Assembly (NCBI GenBank): GCA_963739455.1
Contig: CAVUAK010000002.1
Span: 64,001 to 128,000, forward strand
Length of the DNA: 64,000 nt
Direction: 5' to 3'
From: an uncultured Gemmatimonadales bacterium
GTDB lineage: Bacteria; Gemmatimonadota; Gemmatimonadetes; Gemmatimonadales; GWC2-71-9
The position numbers were made by a program, and so were the translations under genes. The notes below the pieces were generated by a model. The model searched no databases and was not told where the DNA came from. It worked only from the letters and a program-made list of their open reading frames with translations. Each line of letters starts with the position of its first letter. The first letter of the stretch is position 1. Shown here in pieces: positions 44,129-56,572 of the stretch.

Positions 44129-46432
44129 CTAGTTCGGTCCCGCCACGTCGGCCACCGTCGCCAGCACCCCCTCGAAATCGTTGAAGGTCAGCGACTTCGG
44201 CTTGGACGCAACCTCAGGCAAGGTCACGGTCGACTCCGGTCCCTGTACCAGCACGCGGGTGCGCAGTACGCTGCCGTCGCTCATCTGCACCGTCACTGGC
44301 ACATACATCTTGAAGGTGGGCGCCACCCCTTCCTGCGTCACCCGCAGCGTCGCCTTGAACAGCCCGTTGCCGATATCGTCGATGTTCCAGGCCACCTTGT
44401 AGGTCGGGATCTGTGTGCCCCGCACCCATTCATCGAAGAACCACCCCATTTGCTGGCCGGTGTGCTTCTCCACCATGCGCTGGAGGTCATCCGTGCTGGC
44501 GGATCGTCCATTGTAGGTCGTGAAGAAGTCCTTCATCATGGCCTGGAAGCGGTCTTCCTGCATCGTCTTCAGGTTGATCATCAGGGTCCGCAGCATGTGC
44601 ATGACCCAGGCACCCTTCTGGTAGACGATGACCTGGTAGTCATTGGGGTCCCGCTCGGTGATCACCCGGAACCCGAGCGAAATGGGCCCCGCCTCATCAC
44701 TGCGATCGATGATCGACGCCTTCCAGGTCTTGAGCTGGTTGAAGTAGGGCTTCGGCTCCTTCCGCACTACCTGCAGGTACCAGAGGCCCGAGAACGTCGA
44801 CATCCCCTCGCTCAGCCACTGGTCGCGGTACGAGGCGAAGTCCACCCCGATGCCCCACCACTGGTGCGCGACTTCATGCGCCCGGAACACCTCGTCCGCT
44901 CCCGAGCGGCTCGTCGCGACGAAGGTGACGTAGGACAGGTTGATGAACCCGGGGAACGCCTCGCCGTGAAGCTCCGCGATCTCCGTCGCATAGAAGTGGT
45001 TGACCCCGAGCTCCCCGTAGACCGTCCGGTAGAACTGCAGCGCCGCGGAAACGTCCGCGCCGACCCGCTTCTCCATTGACTTCTCCTGCAGCCCCTCCTG
45101 AGCGAACGCCCGGTGCGCATTCTCGTTCCAGAGCACCGTCACGTCGGGGGCCGGCGGATTGTTCACCTCGGTCGCCTTGAACAGGCCGAAGTTGAACGAC
45201 GCATTGCGCATCGGCGCCGTCGACACCCATCGGGTCGTGACCATGTTGCCCGACACCGACGAGTCTTTCAGTTCACCCACGCTCACCAGCGTGTACACCT
45301 TCGGCGAGTGGAAGGTCAGGTCGAAGGTCGCCTTGGAGCGCTCCTCCATCGGTTGCGGATACCAGGCCGTCGAGGTGCGGATGAAGAAGAAGTCGGCGAG
45401 CCGGTCGGTCACGTCGCCGTGGTACGCCATCCGCAGGATCAGGCTGTCACCCGGCGCCAGGCGCTTCGGCAGCTTCACCCACACGACATCGCTGTTCTTC
45501 GGCTTGTATACATCGGCCGGCGATCCGTCGGACCACGACGCCGAGTCCACCTTGAGCTTCGTGAAGAGCGTGAAGGGCACCCATCCCGTCGCCGGCTGGT
45601 CAGCCTCCAGCGTCATGGCCGCCTTGGCCTGGAAGTCGACGTCGGCGGTGATGGTGTTCGGCATCAATGTCTCGATGACGTAGTGCCTGATCTCCACGTC
45701 GCCCTGCCGGCCTTCCCCCGCCGGGATCTGCCTTTCCGCGGATCCCGGCACCCGTACGGCCCCCGCTCCCACGCCGACGTATCCCATTCCCTTGGACTTG
45801 CTCAGGATGCGTACGCCTTCGCGCACATTGGGGTTGGACGCGAACATGAAGGGTGCGCCCGATGGGCGCGTCACGTAGGCGTAGAAGATGCCGTTCGGCG
45901 CCCCGTTGAGCATCAGCGCCATGAGGTCGGTGTCCAGCTGGCGGTCGCTCTCGTCACCGACGTAGTCCAGCGCCTGCCGCACGCTGCTGCGCATGCTGGG
46001 AACCGCGCCAGCACCGCTCTTGCTGCCTGCCTGGAGTGCCTCGCAAATGGAGTCGGAGAAGAACATCACCAGTTCGGTGATGGGAATGTCGACGCGCGGT
46101 GACCCGAGGAGTTTCTGCAACCGGTCCTGCTCTGCCTGCGCGCCGGGATCGAACTTGAAGTGCCCGGTTCCCTGCCACACGGCGCCGACGATACGTCCAT
46201 CAATCGGCGCCAGGAATACCAGCTGGCCGGTACTGAGCTCGAATTGCGCCTGTTCCCGGGCGATCACGAAGTTGCGCACTTCGGCCGAAGTCGCGCTCGC
46301 CGGCATCAGGTCCCACACCGCCGCGAACCGGGCCTCGAACTCCTTCGGAGCCTGTCCTTCCACGGGCGACGCCAGCACAGTCAGCCAACCGGTGGCGGAA
46401 GCACACGCCAGGAGTCGACAGAAGGCTGACAT
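44129..46432 (-). CDS. Exported M1-family Zn aminopeptidase
   Basis: HEVAHQWWG...WLSEG (HEXXH-X18-E), VYQKGAWVMHMLR, signal peptide. Confidence 0.88.
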   Translation of the reverse strand: MSAFCRLLACASATGWLTVLASPVEGQAPKEFEARFAAVWDLMPASATSAEVRNFVIAREQAQFELSTGQLVFLAPIDGRIVGAVWQGTGHFKFDPGAQAEQDRLQKLLGSPRVDIPITELVMFFSDSICEALQAGSKSGAGAVPSMRSSVRQALDYVGDESDRQLDTDLMALMLNGAPNGIFYAYVTRPSGAPFMFASNPNVREGVRILSKSKGMGYVGVGAGAVRVPGSAERQIPAGEGRQGDVEIRHYVIETLMPNTITADVDFQAKAAMTLEADQPATGWVPFTLFTKLKVDSASWSDGSPADVYKPKNSDVVWVKLPKRLAPGDSLILRMAYHGDVTDRLADFFFIRTSTAWYPQPMEERSKATFDLTFHSPKVYTLVSVGELKDSSVSGNMVTTRWVSTAPMRNASFNFGLFKATEVNNPPAPDVTVLWNENAHRAFAQEGLQEKSMEKRVGADVSAALQFYRTVYGELGVNHFYATEIAELHGEAFPGFINLSYVTFVATSRSGADEVFRAHEVAHQWWGIGVDFASYRDQWLSEGMSTFSGLWYLQVVRKEPKPYFNQLKTWKASIIDRSDEAGPISLGFRVITERDPNDYQVIVYQKGAWVMHMLRTLMINLKTMQEDRFQAMMKDFFTTYNGRSASTDDLQRMVEKHTGQQMGWFFDEWVRGTQIPTYKVAWNIDDIGNGLFKATLRVTQEGVAPTFKMYVPVTVQMSDGSVLRTRVLVQGPESTVTLPEVASKPKSLTFNDFEGVLATVADVAGPN

Positions 46433-46435
46433 CGG

Positions 46436-46991
46436 TCAGCTCCTCTTCCCGCGACCTCGCCCTCGACCCCGGGCCGGTCTCCGGGGTGCCGCCGCCTCCC
46501 GGCTGCCGTCCTCTGTCACCACCGCGCCCTCCGGCAGCGCGATGTCCAGCTTCCGAAGTCCCTCGTACAGCACCACGCTCACGGCATTCGCCAGGTTCAG
46601 GCTCCGCACGTCGCCCGGCATCGGGATCCGGTAGCACCGTTCCGGGTGCTTCTCCAGGATCCGCGCCGGCAAGTCCGTCCGTCTCGTTGCCGAAGATCAG
46701 CACGCTGTTCGCCTTGAACGGCGCGTGCCGATAGTCCTGCGCTGCGTTCGCGGAGAAGTACAGGCACCGGTCGCGGCTGATCGCATCCCGGAACGCGAAC
46801 CAGTTCTCGTGCACCCAGAGATCGGTCTTGTCCCAGTAGTCGAGCCCCGCTCGCTTCACGTCCTTCTCGTCCAGCGAGAAGCCGAGGGGCCCGATCAGGT
46901 GCAGCGGCGTGTCGGCGGCGGCGCACAGGCGCGCGATGTTCCCCGTGTTGGGAGGAATGCGCGGTTCGATGAGGGCGACGTTGAGGGGCAT
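46436..46991 (-). CDS. trmL: tRNA (cytidine34-2'-O)-methyltransferase, frameshift near 46672
   Basis: PRIPPNTGNIARLCA, KRAGLDYW, FGNETDG, RIPM...RSLNLAN. Confidence 0.93.
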
Positions 46992-47028
46992 GGGGTTGGG
47001 GAAAAAGGTTGCCGGGAGACGGCTTCGC

Positions 47029-48067
47029 TCATCCGCCCCTCGTGTGCATCTCGCGCCGCGGATCGGCACGGAGACCCTCCACCTGGTACAGCACGCCCCG
47101 GCTCGGGGCGGCCAGCCTCGCCTCCGCTCCCCGGTCCGTGCGCGCGCGCCACCGTTCACGGATGAGGCCCGCCAGCTCCTCGTCCGATGCACCGCTCCGC
47201 AACGGCTCGCGCAGGTCGATGCCCTCGTCGGCGTACAGGCACAGGAGCCACGTCCCGTCGGCCGTCACCCTGCTCCGGTCGCATGACCGGCAGAAGGGCG
47301 CCGTGGTCGATGCGATGATGCCGAACGTGAGTCCATCCTGGAGGCGGTAGCGTTCCGCCGGTGCCGGACCGTCGTCGTGCAGCGTGTCGACGGCGCCGTA
47401 CTTCGCGCGATCATGGACAGCATCTGCTTCCCGCGACACCACGTCGTCCATCGACCACTGTGTTGCACCGCCCACGTCCATGTACTCGATGAACCGCGAC
47501 TCGGCGCCGTGCTGCCCGGCTGAACTCCAGCAGGTCGGTCATCTCGTCGTCGTTGAATCCGCGGATCACCACCGTGTTGAGCTTGGTTCCGCCGAAGCCC
47601 GCCTCGCGTGCCGCACGGATGCCGTCGATCGTGTCGGCATGGTGCACGGTGCGCGAGAACGCCAGCGCCCGCTCCGGCCGGAGCGTATCGAGACTCACCG
47701 TGACCCGGTCGAGGCCCGCCTCGCGCAGCTCGCGGGCATGACGCCGCAGCAGGAGCCCATTGGTCGTCATCGCGATCTCGTCCACCCCATCCACCGTGCC
47801 GAGGTCGCGCACCAGCTCGTGCAGGCCGTGACGGAGCAGCGGCTCGCCACCGGTCAGGCGAACCTTGTGCACCCCCAGCGACGCGAACACGCGCGTCACG
47901 CGCACAAGCTCCTCGAACGTCAGCAGCGAGGCCCGCGGCAGCCACGCGTACTCGTCCTCCGGCATGCAGTAGCGGCAGCGCATGTTGCACCGGTCGGTCA
48001 CCGAGAGCCGGAGACTGCCGAGAGGCCGCGCAAATTGGTCGCGAACGGGGGTACGGGTGGGGGCCAT
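47029..48067 (-). CDS. moaA: GTP 3',8-cyclase, frameshifted near 47420-47520
   Basis: LRLSVTDRCNMRCRYCMP, RLTGGEPLLR, PFCRSCDR, C-terminal MHTRGG. Confidence 0.94.
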
Positions 48068-48071
48068 TCGG

Positions 48072-48500
48072 CTAGAAGGATACACCTTCCGGCGCCGTCG
48101 GATCGACCCACCCGGCCGTGCCATCGACGTAGTGCTCGCGCTTCCAGATCGGCACCCGGCGCTTGACCTCCTCGATCACGAACCGGCAGGCCTCGAAGGC
48201 GGCATCGCGGTGCGGCGCGGCAGCCACCACGATCACGGCAACATCGCCCACCTCGAGCGTCCCGACCCGGTGCTCCGCCGCCACCCTGGCCGGCCAGCGC
48301 GCCTCCGCTTCCTCGACGATCCGGGCAAACTCCAGGTCAGCCATCGGGCCATAGGCACTGTACTCGAGGCGCAGGACCGCGCGGCCGGCGTGGTGATTCC
48401 GTACCGCCCCGACGAACGTCACCACGCCGCCCCGCTCGGCGCTCACTACCTGGTGCGCCACGGTACGGACGTCGAGCGCCTGGTCCTTCAGGTAGCTCAT
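48072..48500 (-). CDS. moaE: Molybdopterin synthase catalytic subunit
   Basis: FVGAVRNH, LEYSAY, HRVG, APHR, KRRVPIWKRE. Confidence 0.95.
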   Translation of the reverse strand: MSYLKDQALDVRTVAHQVVSAERGGVVTFVGAVRNHHAGRAVLRLEYSAYGPMADLEFARIVEEAEARWPARVAAEHRVGTLEVGDVAVIVVAAAPHRDAAFEACRFVIEEVKRRVPIWKREHYVDGTAGWVDPTAPEGVSF

Positions 48501-48502
48501 CG

Positions 48503-48750
48503 TCACCCTCCAGCAAGCGGCGGGAGCACCGCGAGCTCGTCGCCATCCTCAAGCACCGTGTCGAGTTGCGCATGAACCTGGTTGCGCGCCACCAGCGGCG
48601 ACGGTGGCAACTGCGCGCCGCCCGCCATTCGCTCGAAGAGTGTCGAGTACTGTGCGGACAGTGGCTGGCTGCGCTGATCTCGACAGTGAGCTCAGTCTGC
48701 CCCAGCAGCTCCGCATACCGTGCGAACAGCAGCACTCTCACTCGGGTCAT
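48503..48750 (-). CDS. moaD: Molybdopterin synthase sulfur carrier, frameshifted
   Basis: MTRVRVLLFARYAELLG N-terminus. Another frame ends LEDGDELAVLPPLAGG-stop. Confidence 0.88.
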
Positions 48751-48805
48751 CCTGCCGCCTGCAGCTTGTCGCCTGTGTCCATATCCCAAACCTACAAGGA
48801 CTTAC

Positions 48806-48840
48806 AAAAAAGAACGGGGCCGCACCTGAGTGCAGCCCCG
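48806..48840 (-). terminator. Intrinsic terminator after the HU/IHF gene
   Basis: CGGGGCTGCAC-TCAG-GTGCGGCCCCG followed by TTCTTTTTT. Confidence 0.88.
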
Positions 48841-48859
48841 CAGAATTCGCTCACACAAG

Positions 48860-49201
48860 TTACTCCTCGACTCCGTCTCCCTGCTCCGACGACGGAATGA
48901 ACTCGCCGTCCTCTGCCACCAAAGCCCGCAACTCCTTGCTGGGCTTGAACACCGGCACCGGACGGGCGGCAACTTCCACCGGCTCACCCGTCCGCGGATT
49001 GCGCGCCATGCGCGTCTTCCGCTTCCGGATCTTGAAGGTACCGAAACCGCGTACCTCGATGTTGTGCTGTTCTTTAAGGGCATGCTTCACGGCATCGAGG
49101 AACGCATCGACGACGCGGGCACAGTCCTTCTTCGAGATCATCGGGCCCGATGTGCGGGCAATCGATGCTGTGACCTGCTCGACAAGATCGGCTTTGGTCA
49201 T
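48860..49201 (-). CDS. HU/IHF family DNA-binding protein (IHF-beta-like) with acidic tail
   Basis: MTKADLV, IEVRGFGTF, ARNPRTGE, PVFKPSKELR. Confidence 0.94.
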   Translation of the reverse strand: MTKADLVEQVTASIARTSGPMISKKDCARVVDAFLDAVKHALKEQHNIEVRGFGTFKIRKRKTRMARNPRTGEPVEVAARPVPVFKPSKELRALVAEDGEFIPSSEQGDGVEE

Positions 49202-49271
49202 GCATCCCCCGGGAAAGACAACATGTAGCTCAGGTGAGCAGAGGCTCTCTAGAGCAGCCCATATGAGGCCG

Positions 49272-49300
49272 ATTCTAGGAGCTTAAGTGTTGTCTGTCAA
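49272..49300 (-). promoter_or_regulatory. Near-consensus sigma70 promoter for the HU/IHF gene
   Basis: TTGACA (49300-49295), 17 bp, TAGAAT (49277-49272). Confidence 0.85.
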
Positions 49301-49322
49301 GGGGTTGGGGGTTTTGGGGCCC

Positions 49323-50411
49323 TCAACCGAGCAGCGCGCGGCGGAACTGGTCGAAGTGCGGATAGGCGTCGTGCGGACCCGGAGCGGCCTCCGGGTGATA
49401 CTGCACTGCGAACACCGGAAGCTCACGATGACGCAGTCCTTCGACCGTGCCATCGTTGAGATTGATGTGCGTAACCTCGAGGTCTGGTGCCCCTGGAATG
49501 CCGTTTTCGTCTCCCGAGACGGCGAATCCATGGTTCTGCGTGGTGATAAGCACATGCCCCGTCAGGAGATCACGCACCGGATGGTTTCCGCCCCGGTGCC
49601 CATAGGGGAGCTTGACCGTCTCGCCCCCGAATGCGAGGCCGATCAACTGGTGCCCGAGGCAGATGCCGAAGGTGGGAAGCCCCGCCTGGGCCAGTTCCCG
49701 AATCGTCCCGGCCGCGTAAGTCACTGCGGCAGGATCGCCTGGACCATTCGAGAGGAAGATCCCCTTGGGGTTCATCGCCTTGACCTGGTCCGCCGTCGTC
49801 TCGGCCGGGACCACGGCGACCTTCATCCCCTGGTCGACCAGCATCCGCACGATGTTCCGCTTCATCCCGTAGTCGAACGCCACCACGAGCGGACCCTCAC
49901 CCTCGATGTGCGTGGCCTCTACCGTCGCCCTGGAGGCCAGGTCCAGCCCTTCCATCGACGGAGAGGCCATCAGCTGCCGGATCAGCTCAGGCGTCGGCTC
50001 GGCGCCCTCAGCGATGACGCCACGCATGGCGCCCCGCTCGCGCAGGTGCCGCGTCAGCCGGCGCGTGTCGACGCCCTCGATCAGCGGGACACCTGCGTCC
50101 GCAAGCCATTCACCGAGGCCCGTTTCCGCGCGCCAACTGGAGTAATTTCGCGAGAGCTCCCGGCAGACGACCCCGCTCACCTGGGGACGCCGGGACTCCA
50201 TGTCCTCGAAGTTCACCCCGTAGTTGCCGATCATCGGGGCGGTCATGACAATGATCTGCCCGAGGAAGCTCGGGTCAGTAAACGTTTCCTGGTAGCCGGT
50301 AAGGTTGGTGGTGAAAACCACTTCACCGAAGGCGGGGCTGATGGAACGTGGCGCCGTGCCGGCAAACCACGTTCCATCCTCGAGCAGGACGAACGCCGGG
50401 GCTTCCGCCAC
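49323..50411 (-). CDS. carA: Carbamoyl-phosphate synthase small subunit
   Basis: [34 protein letters not shown]. Confidence 0.96.
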   Translation of the reverse strand: MAEAPAFVLLEDGTWFAGTAPRSISPAFGEVVFTTNLTGYQETFTDPSFLGQIIVMTAPMIGNYGVNFEDMESRRPQVSGVVCRELSRNYSSWRAETGLGEWLADAGVPLIEGVDTRRLTRHLRERGAMRGVIAEGAEPTPELIRQLMASPSMEGLDLASRATVEATHIEGEGPLVVAFDYGMKRNIVRMLVDQGMKVAVVPAETTADQVKAMNPKGIFLSNGPGDPAAVTYAAGTIRELAQAGLPTFGICLGHQLIGLAFGGETVKLPYGHRGGNHPVRDLLTGHVLITTQNHGFAVSGDENGIPGAPDLEVTHINLNDGTVEGLRHRELPVFAVQYHPEAAPGPHDAYPHFDQFRRALLG

Positions 50412-50439
50412 TATGCCCGGGGTTCCGTGCTCGAGGTCA

Positions 50440-50860
50440 TCACTTCGACGCGGGCGCCGGAGCGGCCGGAGCCGTCGTCGCGGGGGCCGGCGCCGTAGCG
50501 GCAGGGGCCGCCGCGCCTGGTGCTGCCGTTCCCGGTGCCGGGGTCAGGCCCTGCAGCGGTGACGGACCACTCGGCCCCTCGCTCGTCGGTGGCGCCGACT
50601 GGCGCAGCTGCTGCTGCAGGTCGCTGCCGCCCGCGCCCCGATGCATGACGGACAGCAGGAGTGACAGCGCCAGGAAGATCCCGCCGCACCACCAGGACAG
50701 CTTGGTCAGAATGGTCGACTGCCTGACGCCCGCCCAGGACGGACTCGGTACCGGCGCCGCCCATCGTGGCAAGGCCGCCGCCCTGCCCCGCCTGCAGCAG
50801 CACGACTACCGACAGCAGGAGCGCGTCGAGAATCAGGAGCACCAGCAGAAACGTGTACAT
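50440..50860 (-). CDS. secG: Preprotein translocase SecG with Ala/Pro-rich tail, frameshift near 50718
   Basis: [12 protein letters not shown]...[11 protein letters not shown]. Follows tpiA. Confidence 0.9.
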
Positions 50861-50890
50861 GGTCAGTCCCAGTATGTGAAAAAGCCCCCA

Positions 50891-50919
50891 AACCTAGTCA
50901 CCGATTGGGCTTGGGGCAA
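50891..50919 (-). promoter_or_regulatory. Putative sigma70 promoter for secG
   Basis: TTGCCC, 17 bp, TAGGTT in the tpiA-secG spacer. Confidence 0.55.
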
Positions 50920-50924
50920 CGCTT

Positions 50925-51674
50925 CTACGTTCCCGCGGCCACCAGGCCTGCCCAGCCGGCCGCCTCGAGACTCGCTCCACCCACCAGCACGCCGTCGATC
51001 TCGTCCTCAGCCATCAGGCCGGCGACGTTGGCGAGATTGACGGACCCACCATAGAGCACGGGCACTCGACCCGGTACCCGATGCTCCTGGAAGACCGTAC
51101 GGATGACGCGATGCACTTCGGCCGCGTCCTGTGGTCGCGCGACCCGCCCGGTGCCGATGGCCCATACCGGCTCGTATGCCACCAGGAGTTCCGAGGCTTC
51201 AGTGACCGTGAGCTCCGTGAGGACAGCCCGCAGCTGGCGACGCACCACGTCGCTGGTGTGCCCCGCCTCCCGTTCCGGCAGCTTCTCGCCCACGCACAGC
51301 ATCGGTATCAGGCGCTGTGCGATGAGTGCCTTCACCTTTTTCGCGGTCTCCGCGTCCGTCTCACCGAACACGTGCCGGCGCTCCGAGTGGCCGACGAGCG
51401 CACCCTTCCCGCCACATCCGGCCACCATGAGTGGCGAGGTCTCGCCGGTGAAGGCGCCTTTCGCCTCCCAGTACACGTTCTGGGCGCCGACCGCGACGTC
51501 GGGCCGTCGAGCGAAGGTCTCTGCCGTTGCGGCCAGTGATACCGCCGGCGGGAAGAACCACAGGTCGCGCCCGTCGATCGGCGGCGACAGTTCCTCGAAC
51601 TGGAGCGCAAAACTCGCGGCCGCAAACGGGTCGTGATGCATCTTCCAGTTGGCCGCGAAGATTCGCCGGCGCAT
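50925..51674 (-). CDS. tpiA: Triosephosphate isomerase
   Basis: ANWKM, GHSERR, AYEPVWAIGTG, LYGGSV, LVGGASL. Confidence 0.97.
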   Translation of the reverse strand: MRRRIFAANWKMHHDPFAAASFALQFEELSPPIDGRDLWFFPPAVSLAATAETFARRPDVAVGAQNVYWEAKGAFTGETSPLMVAGCGGKGALVGHSERRHVFGETDAETAKKVKALIAQRLIPMLCVGEKLPEREAGHTSDVVRRQLRAVLTELTVTEASELLVAYEPVWAIGTGRVARPQDAAEVHRVIRTVFQEHRVPGRVPVLYGGSVNLANVAGLMAEDEIDGVLVGGASLEAAGWAGLVAAGT

Positions 51675-52884
51675 CAGGCGTCGTCCAGCGCGGCAACGCC
51701 CGGGCAGCACCTTGCCCTCGAGGAATTCGAGTGCGGCGCCCGCCGCCGGTCGACACGTGCGTCATCCTGTCCTCGAGTCCCGCAACTGCCACTGCGGCCG
51801 CCGAGTCGCCGCCACCGACCACCGTGACCGCGCCCTTCCGGTCGCGTCGGCCATCGCCCGCGCCACCGCCAGCGTGCCGTGATCGAAGGGCGGCGTCTCG
51901 AACACCCCCATCGGCCCGTTCCACACGACCGTGCCGGCCGCGAGGATCCGGCGTGCGAAAGTCGGCCTCGGTGGCGGGATCGATGTCGAACATCGCCCAG
52001 CCGGCGGGGATCTGGTCGCGCGGCACCGCCCGGGTCGCCGCACCCGCCTCCAGCTTCTGCGCGATCACCGCACCGCTCGGCAGCACCAGCTTCTTCCCCG
52101 CCTTCTGCATGAGGTCGCGCGCCATGTCGACGCGCTCCGCCTCCACCAGCGAGTTGCCCGTCTCGAGTCCCATCGCGCGGAAGAAGGTGCACGCCATGGC
52201 GCCGCCGATGAGGATCTCGTCCACCTTGGGCAGCAGCGCCTCGATGAGGTCGATCTTGCCGGAGATCTTGGCGCCACCGAGCACCGCGACGAACGGGCCG
52301 CTTCGGCTGGTCCAGCGCCTCGCCCAGGTACTTGAGCTCCTGCTCCATGAGGAAGCCCATCACCGCCGGCTTGAGCACCCGTGCGACGCCCTCGGTGCTG
52401 GCGTGCGCCCGGTGCGCGGACCCGAACGCGTCGTTCACGTAGAGGTCGCCCAGCCGCGGCGAACTGCTGCGCCAGCTCGCGTCGAGTTCTCTTCCTCGCC
52501 CGGGAAGAACCGCGTGTTCTCGATGACGGCGACACCGCCGCGCGGCAGCCTTTTTGAGGCCGTGATGGATGCCTCGGAGAATGGATCGGTGATGAGCTCG
52601 ACCGGCGCGCCGAGCAACTTCTCGAGTTCACGGACGACCGGCGCGAGCGAGAACTCGGGTCGAAGGCCCCTTCTTGGGACGGCCGAAGTGGGACATCAGG
52701 ATGACGCGCGCGCCCTGGTCGCGCAGGAACTGGATTGTCGGCAGTGCCGCGCGAATCCGGGTGTTGTCGGTGACCAATCCGTCCTTCACCGGGCAGTTGA
52801 AGTCCACCCGCACCAGCGCGCGCTGGCCATCGAGTGCGCGCTGGTTCTCGAACGAGGTGGTGGCGATACCGCGAAGGCCCCTCT

Positions 52885-52888
<4 letters not shown>
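51674..52888 (-). CDS. pgk: Phosphoglycerate kinase, multiple frameshifts
   Basis: [63 protein letters not shown] across fragments. Confidence 0.95.
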
Positions 52889-54650
<1,762 letters not shown>

Positions 54651-54667
<17 letters not shown>

Positions 54668-55467
54668 GAACCGCGGCGCGCATGGCCTCGAGTGGCGCCT
54701 GCTTCCCCGGAAACCAGCGCGAAAAGGCCGCTGCCCCCTGGCGCACCAGCACCTCGCGACCGTCGGCCGCGGAGAGTCCCCGCGCGCGCGCGCGACGTAC
54801 CCAGCCCGTCTCGCCCCGGGCGTAGACAAGGTCGAGGGCCGCAACAGCATCAGGGGCCGCGCCGGGGAGAATGGGGTCCGCGTCGCCGGCGCCCAAGTCC
54901 CAGCGGTGTTGCGTTGATCAGCACGCGGCAGTCGGCAGCGTCCGCTGTTTGGACGCCGAGTTGCTGGGCCCAGCTCACGAACTCCGCCGCCCGCGCGGCA
55001 TCGCGCGAGGTCACCGCAATCGCGGCGTTGCGCTCGCGCGCTGCAGCCACCACCGCGCGCGCCGACCCGCCGGTGCCGGCGACCAGCCAGGGACCGTCGG
55101 GCGCGCGAAGGCGGTCGAGCGCGGCGAGGATGCCCTCGATATCGGTGTTGTCCCCGATGACCGGTGCGCTGCCGCCGCCATCGCTCCAGAAGGTGTTGCA
55201 GGCGTCGATGGCCCGGACCCACGCGGATGGCTGGCCTGCGGACCTGGCGGCAAGTGACTTGTGCGGAATGGTGACGTTGCCGCCGCCGCCCGCCATGGAG
55301 AGTGATGCCATCAGCCCCGGCACTTCCGCCGCAGAGCAGCGGAGCGGAACGTAGACCGCGTCGAGGCCGAGCAGGCGGAACGCGGCGTTCTGCATCAGGG
55401 GCGACAGCGAGTGCGCCACCGGATCGCCAAGGATGGCAAAGACGCGCGTCCGGCCGCCGACCCTCAT
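54651..55467 (-). CDS. aroE: Shikimate dehydrogenase, frameshift near 54898
   Basis: GDPVAHSLSP, NVTIPHK, ACNT, NTD, INATPLG, DLVY, LVRQGAAAF. Confidence 0.93.
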
Positions 55468-55925
55468 GCGATGCGCTCGCGCTCGAGGCGCTGCACGGTG
55501 GCGGTGAGCAGGTCCTTCAACTGGATATAGGTATTCCGGTAGTCGGTCAGGCTGCCGCCGTACGGATCGGCCACCTCGGCCGCGGCCCCACTCCGCCCGG
55601 CATACTCGCCAAGCAGGAACGCGCGGTCGCCATAGCCGAGGTCGCCCAGCCGCTGCCGGTGCGATCGCGACATCGTGAGCATCAGGTCGGCGGAACTCGC
55701 CAGCTCCGGCGTCAGGACCTGCGCCCGGTGCGCGGAAAGGTCCACACCATCCTCCAGCGCCACGAGGTAGCTCCCCTCGGATGCGGGCGCACCCGCCAAC
55801 GCACCGGTGCCCGCTGATGCCACGGTGATTCCCTCGATGCGGCGCTCCTCGAGGAGGCGACGCAGCAGCGCTTCAGCCAGCGGACTGCGGCAGGTGTTGC
55901 CGGTGCAGACAAACAGGACCTTCAC
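55464..55925 (-). CDS. Low-molecular-weight phosphatase, YwlE-like protein-arginine phosphatase
   Basis: VLFVCTGNTCRSPLAE P-loop, SAGT, VADPYGG. Directly downstream of sua5/tsaC. Confidence 0.88.
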   Translation of the reverse strand: MKVLFVCTGNTCRSPLAEALLRRLLEERRIEGITVASAGTGALAGAPASEGSYLVALEDGVDLSAHRAQVLTPELASSADLMLTMSRSHRQRLGDLGYGDRAFLLGEYAGRSGAAAEVADPYGGSLTDYRNTYIQLKDLLTATVQRLERERIA

Positions 55926-56572
55926 GGGGCAAGTCTCCCGACCATGCGGCGCAATTCGGCGCGCGGAATGGCGCCCTCCCGGATGATGCGCGGGAGCGGC
56001 GCGGTACAGTCCACCAGGGTCGACGGCGGCACGTTGCCCAGTACCCCACCGTCCAGTACGAGCAGTTCTCCCGACGCCTCGGCCTCGCCAAACGTGGCTA
56101 CGATGCCATCGACACCGGGTGCAGTTGGATGCCCAGGCCGGTTGGCAGAGGTGGAGGTGAGCGCGTGCCCCATGAGGCTGATCATGAGTGCGATGTCGCG
56201 CTGCGACGTGTGCCGCACCGCGATGCCTCCCTCGGCGCCGCGCAGTTCCGGTGGCAAGCGCCCCTCGCCACCAGGGAGCACCAGCGTCAGCGGGCCAGGC
56301 CAGCACGCATCGGCCATCGCGCGCGCCGCGGCGTTGAAGTCGAGCGCGTACTCCTCGGCCATCCGGCGGCTCGACACGAGCAGTAGGAACGGCTTCCGCG
56401 GCGGACGCCCTTTCAGGCGCGCCAGGCTCGCCAGCGCTTCCCGGTTCGGCGCAGATCCGAGGCCGTAGACCGTCTCGGTCGGGTACGCGAGAAGGTTGCC
56501 GGCCGCCAGGTGGGCTGCAACTCTCGGCGCCGCCGCACGCGCATCGTCCGCCGTATGGAACGGCAGGATCAC
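55922..56572 (-). CDS. tsaC: L-threonylcarbamoyladenylate synthase (Sua5/YrdC/TsaC)
   Basis: YPTETVYGL, LKGR, WPGPLTLVL, STSAN, PSTLVD. Confidence 0.93.
   Translation of the reverse strand: MILPFHTADDARAAAPRVAAHLAAGNLLAYPTETVYGLGSAPNREALASLARLKGRPPRKPFLLLVSSRRMAEEYALDFNAAARAMADACWPGPLTLVLPGGEGRLPPELRGAEGGIAVRHTSQRDIALMISLMGHALTSTSANRPGHPTAPGVDGIVATFGEAEASGELLVLDGGVLGNVPPSTLVDCTAPLPRIIREGAIPRAELRRMVGRLAP

Noticed and set aside
50412..50440. tRNA-Leu often found after secG
   Set aside because: The spacer is under 30 bp with no cloverleaf or T-loop motif. I recognised no tRNA anywhere in the window.
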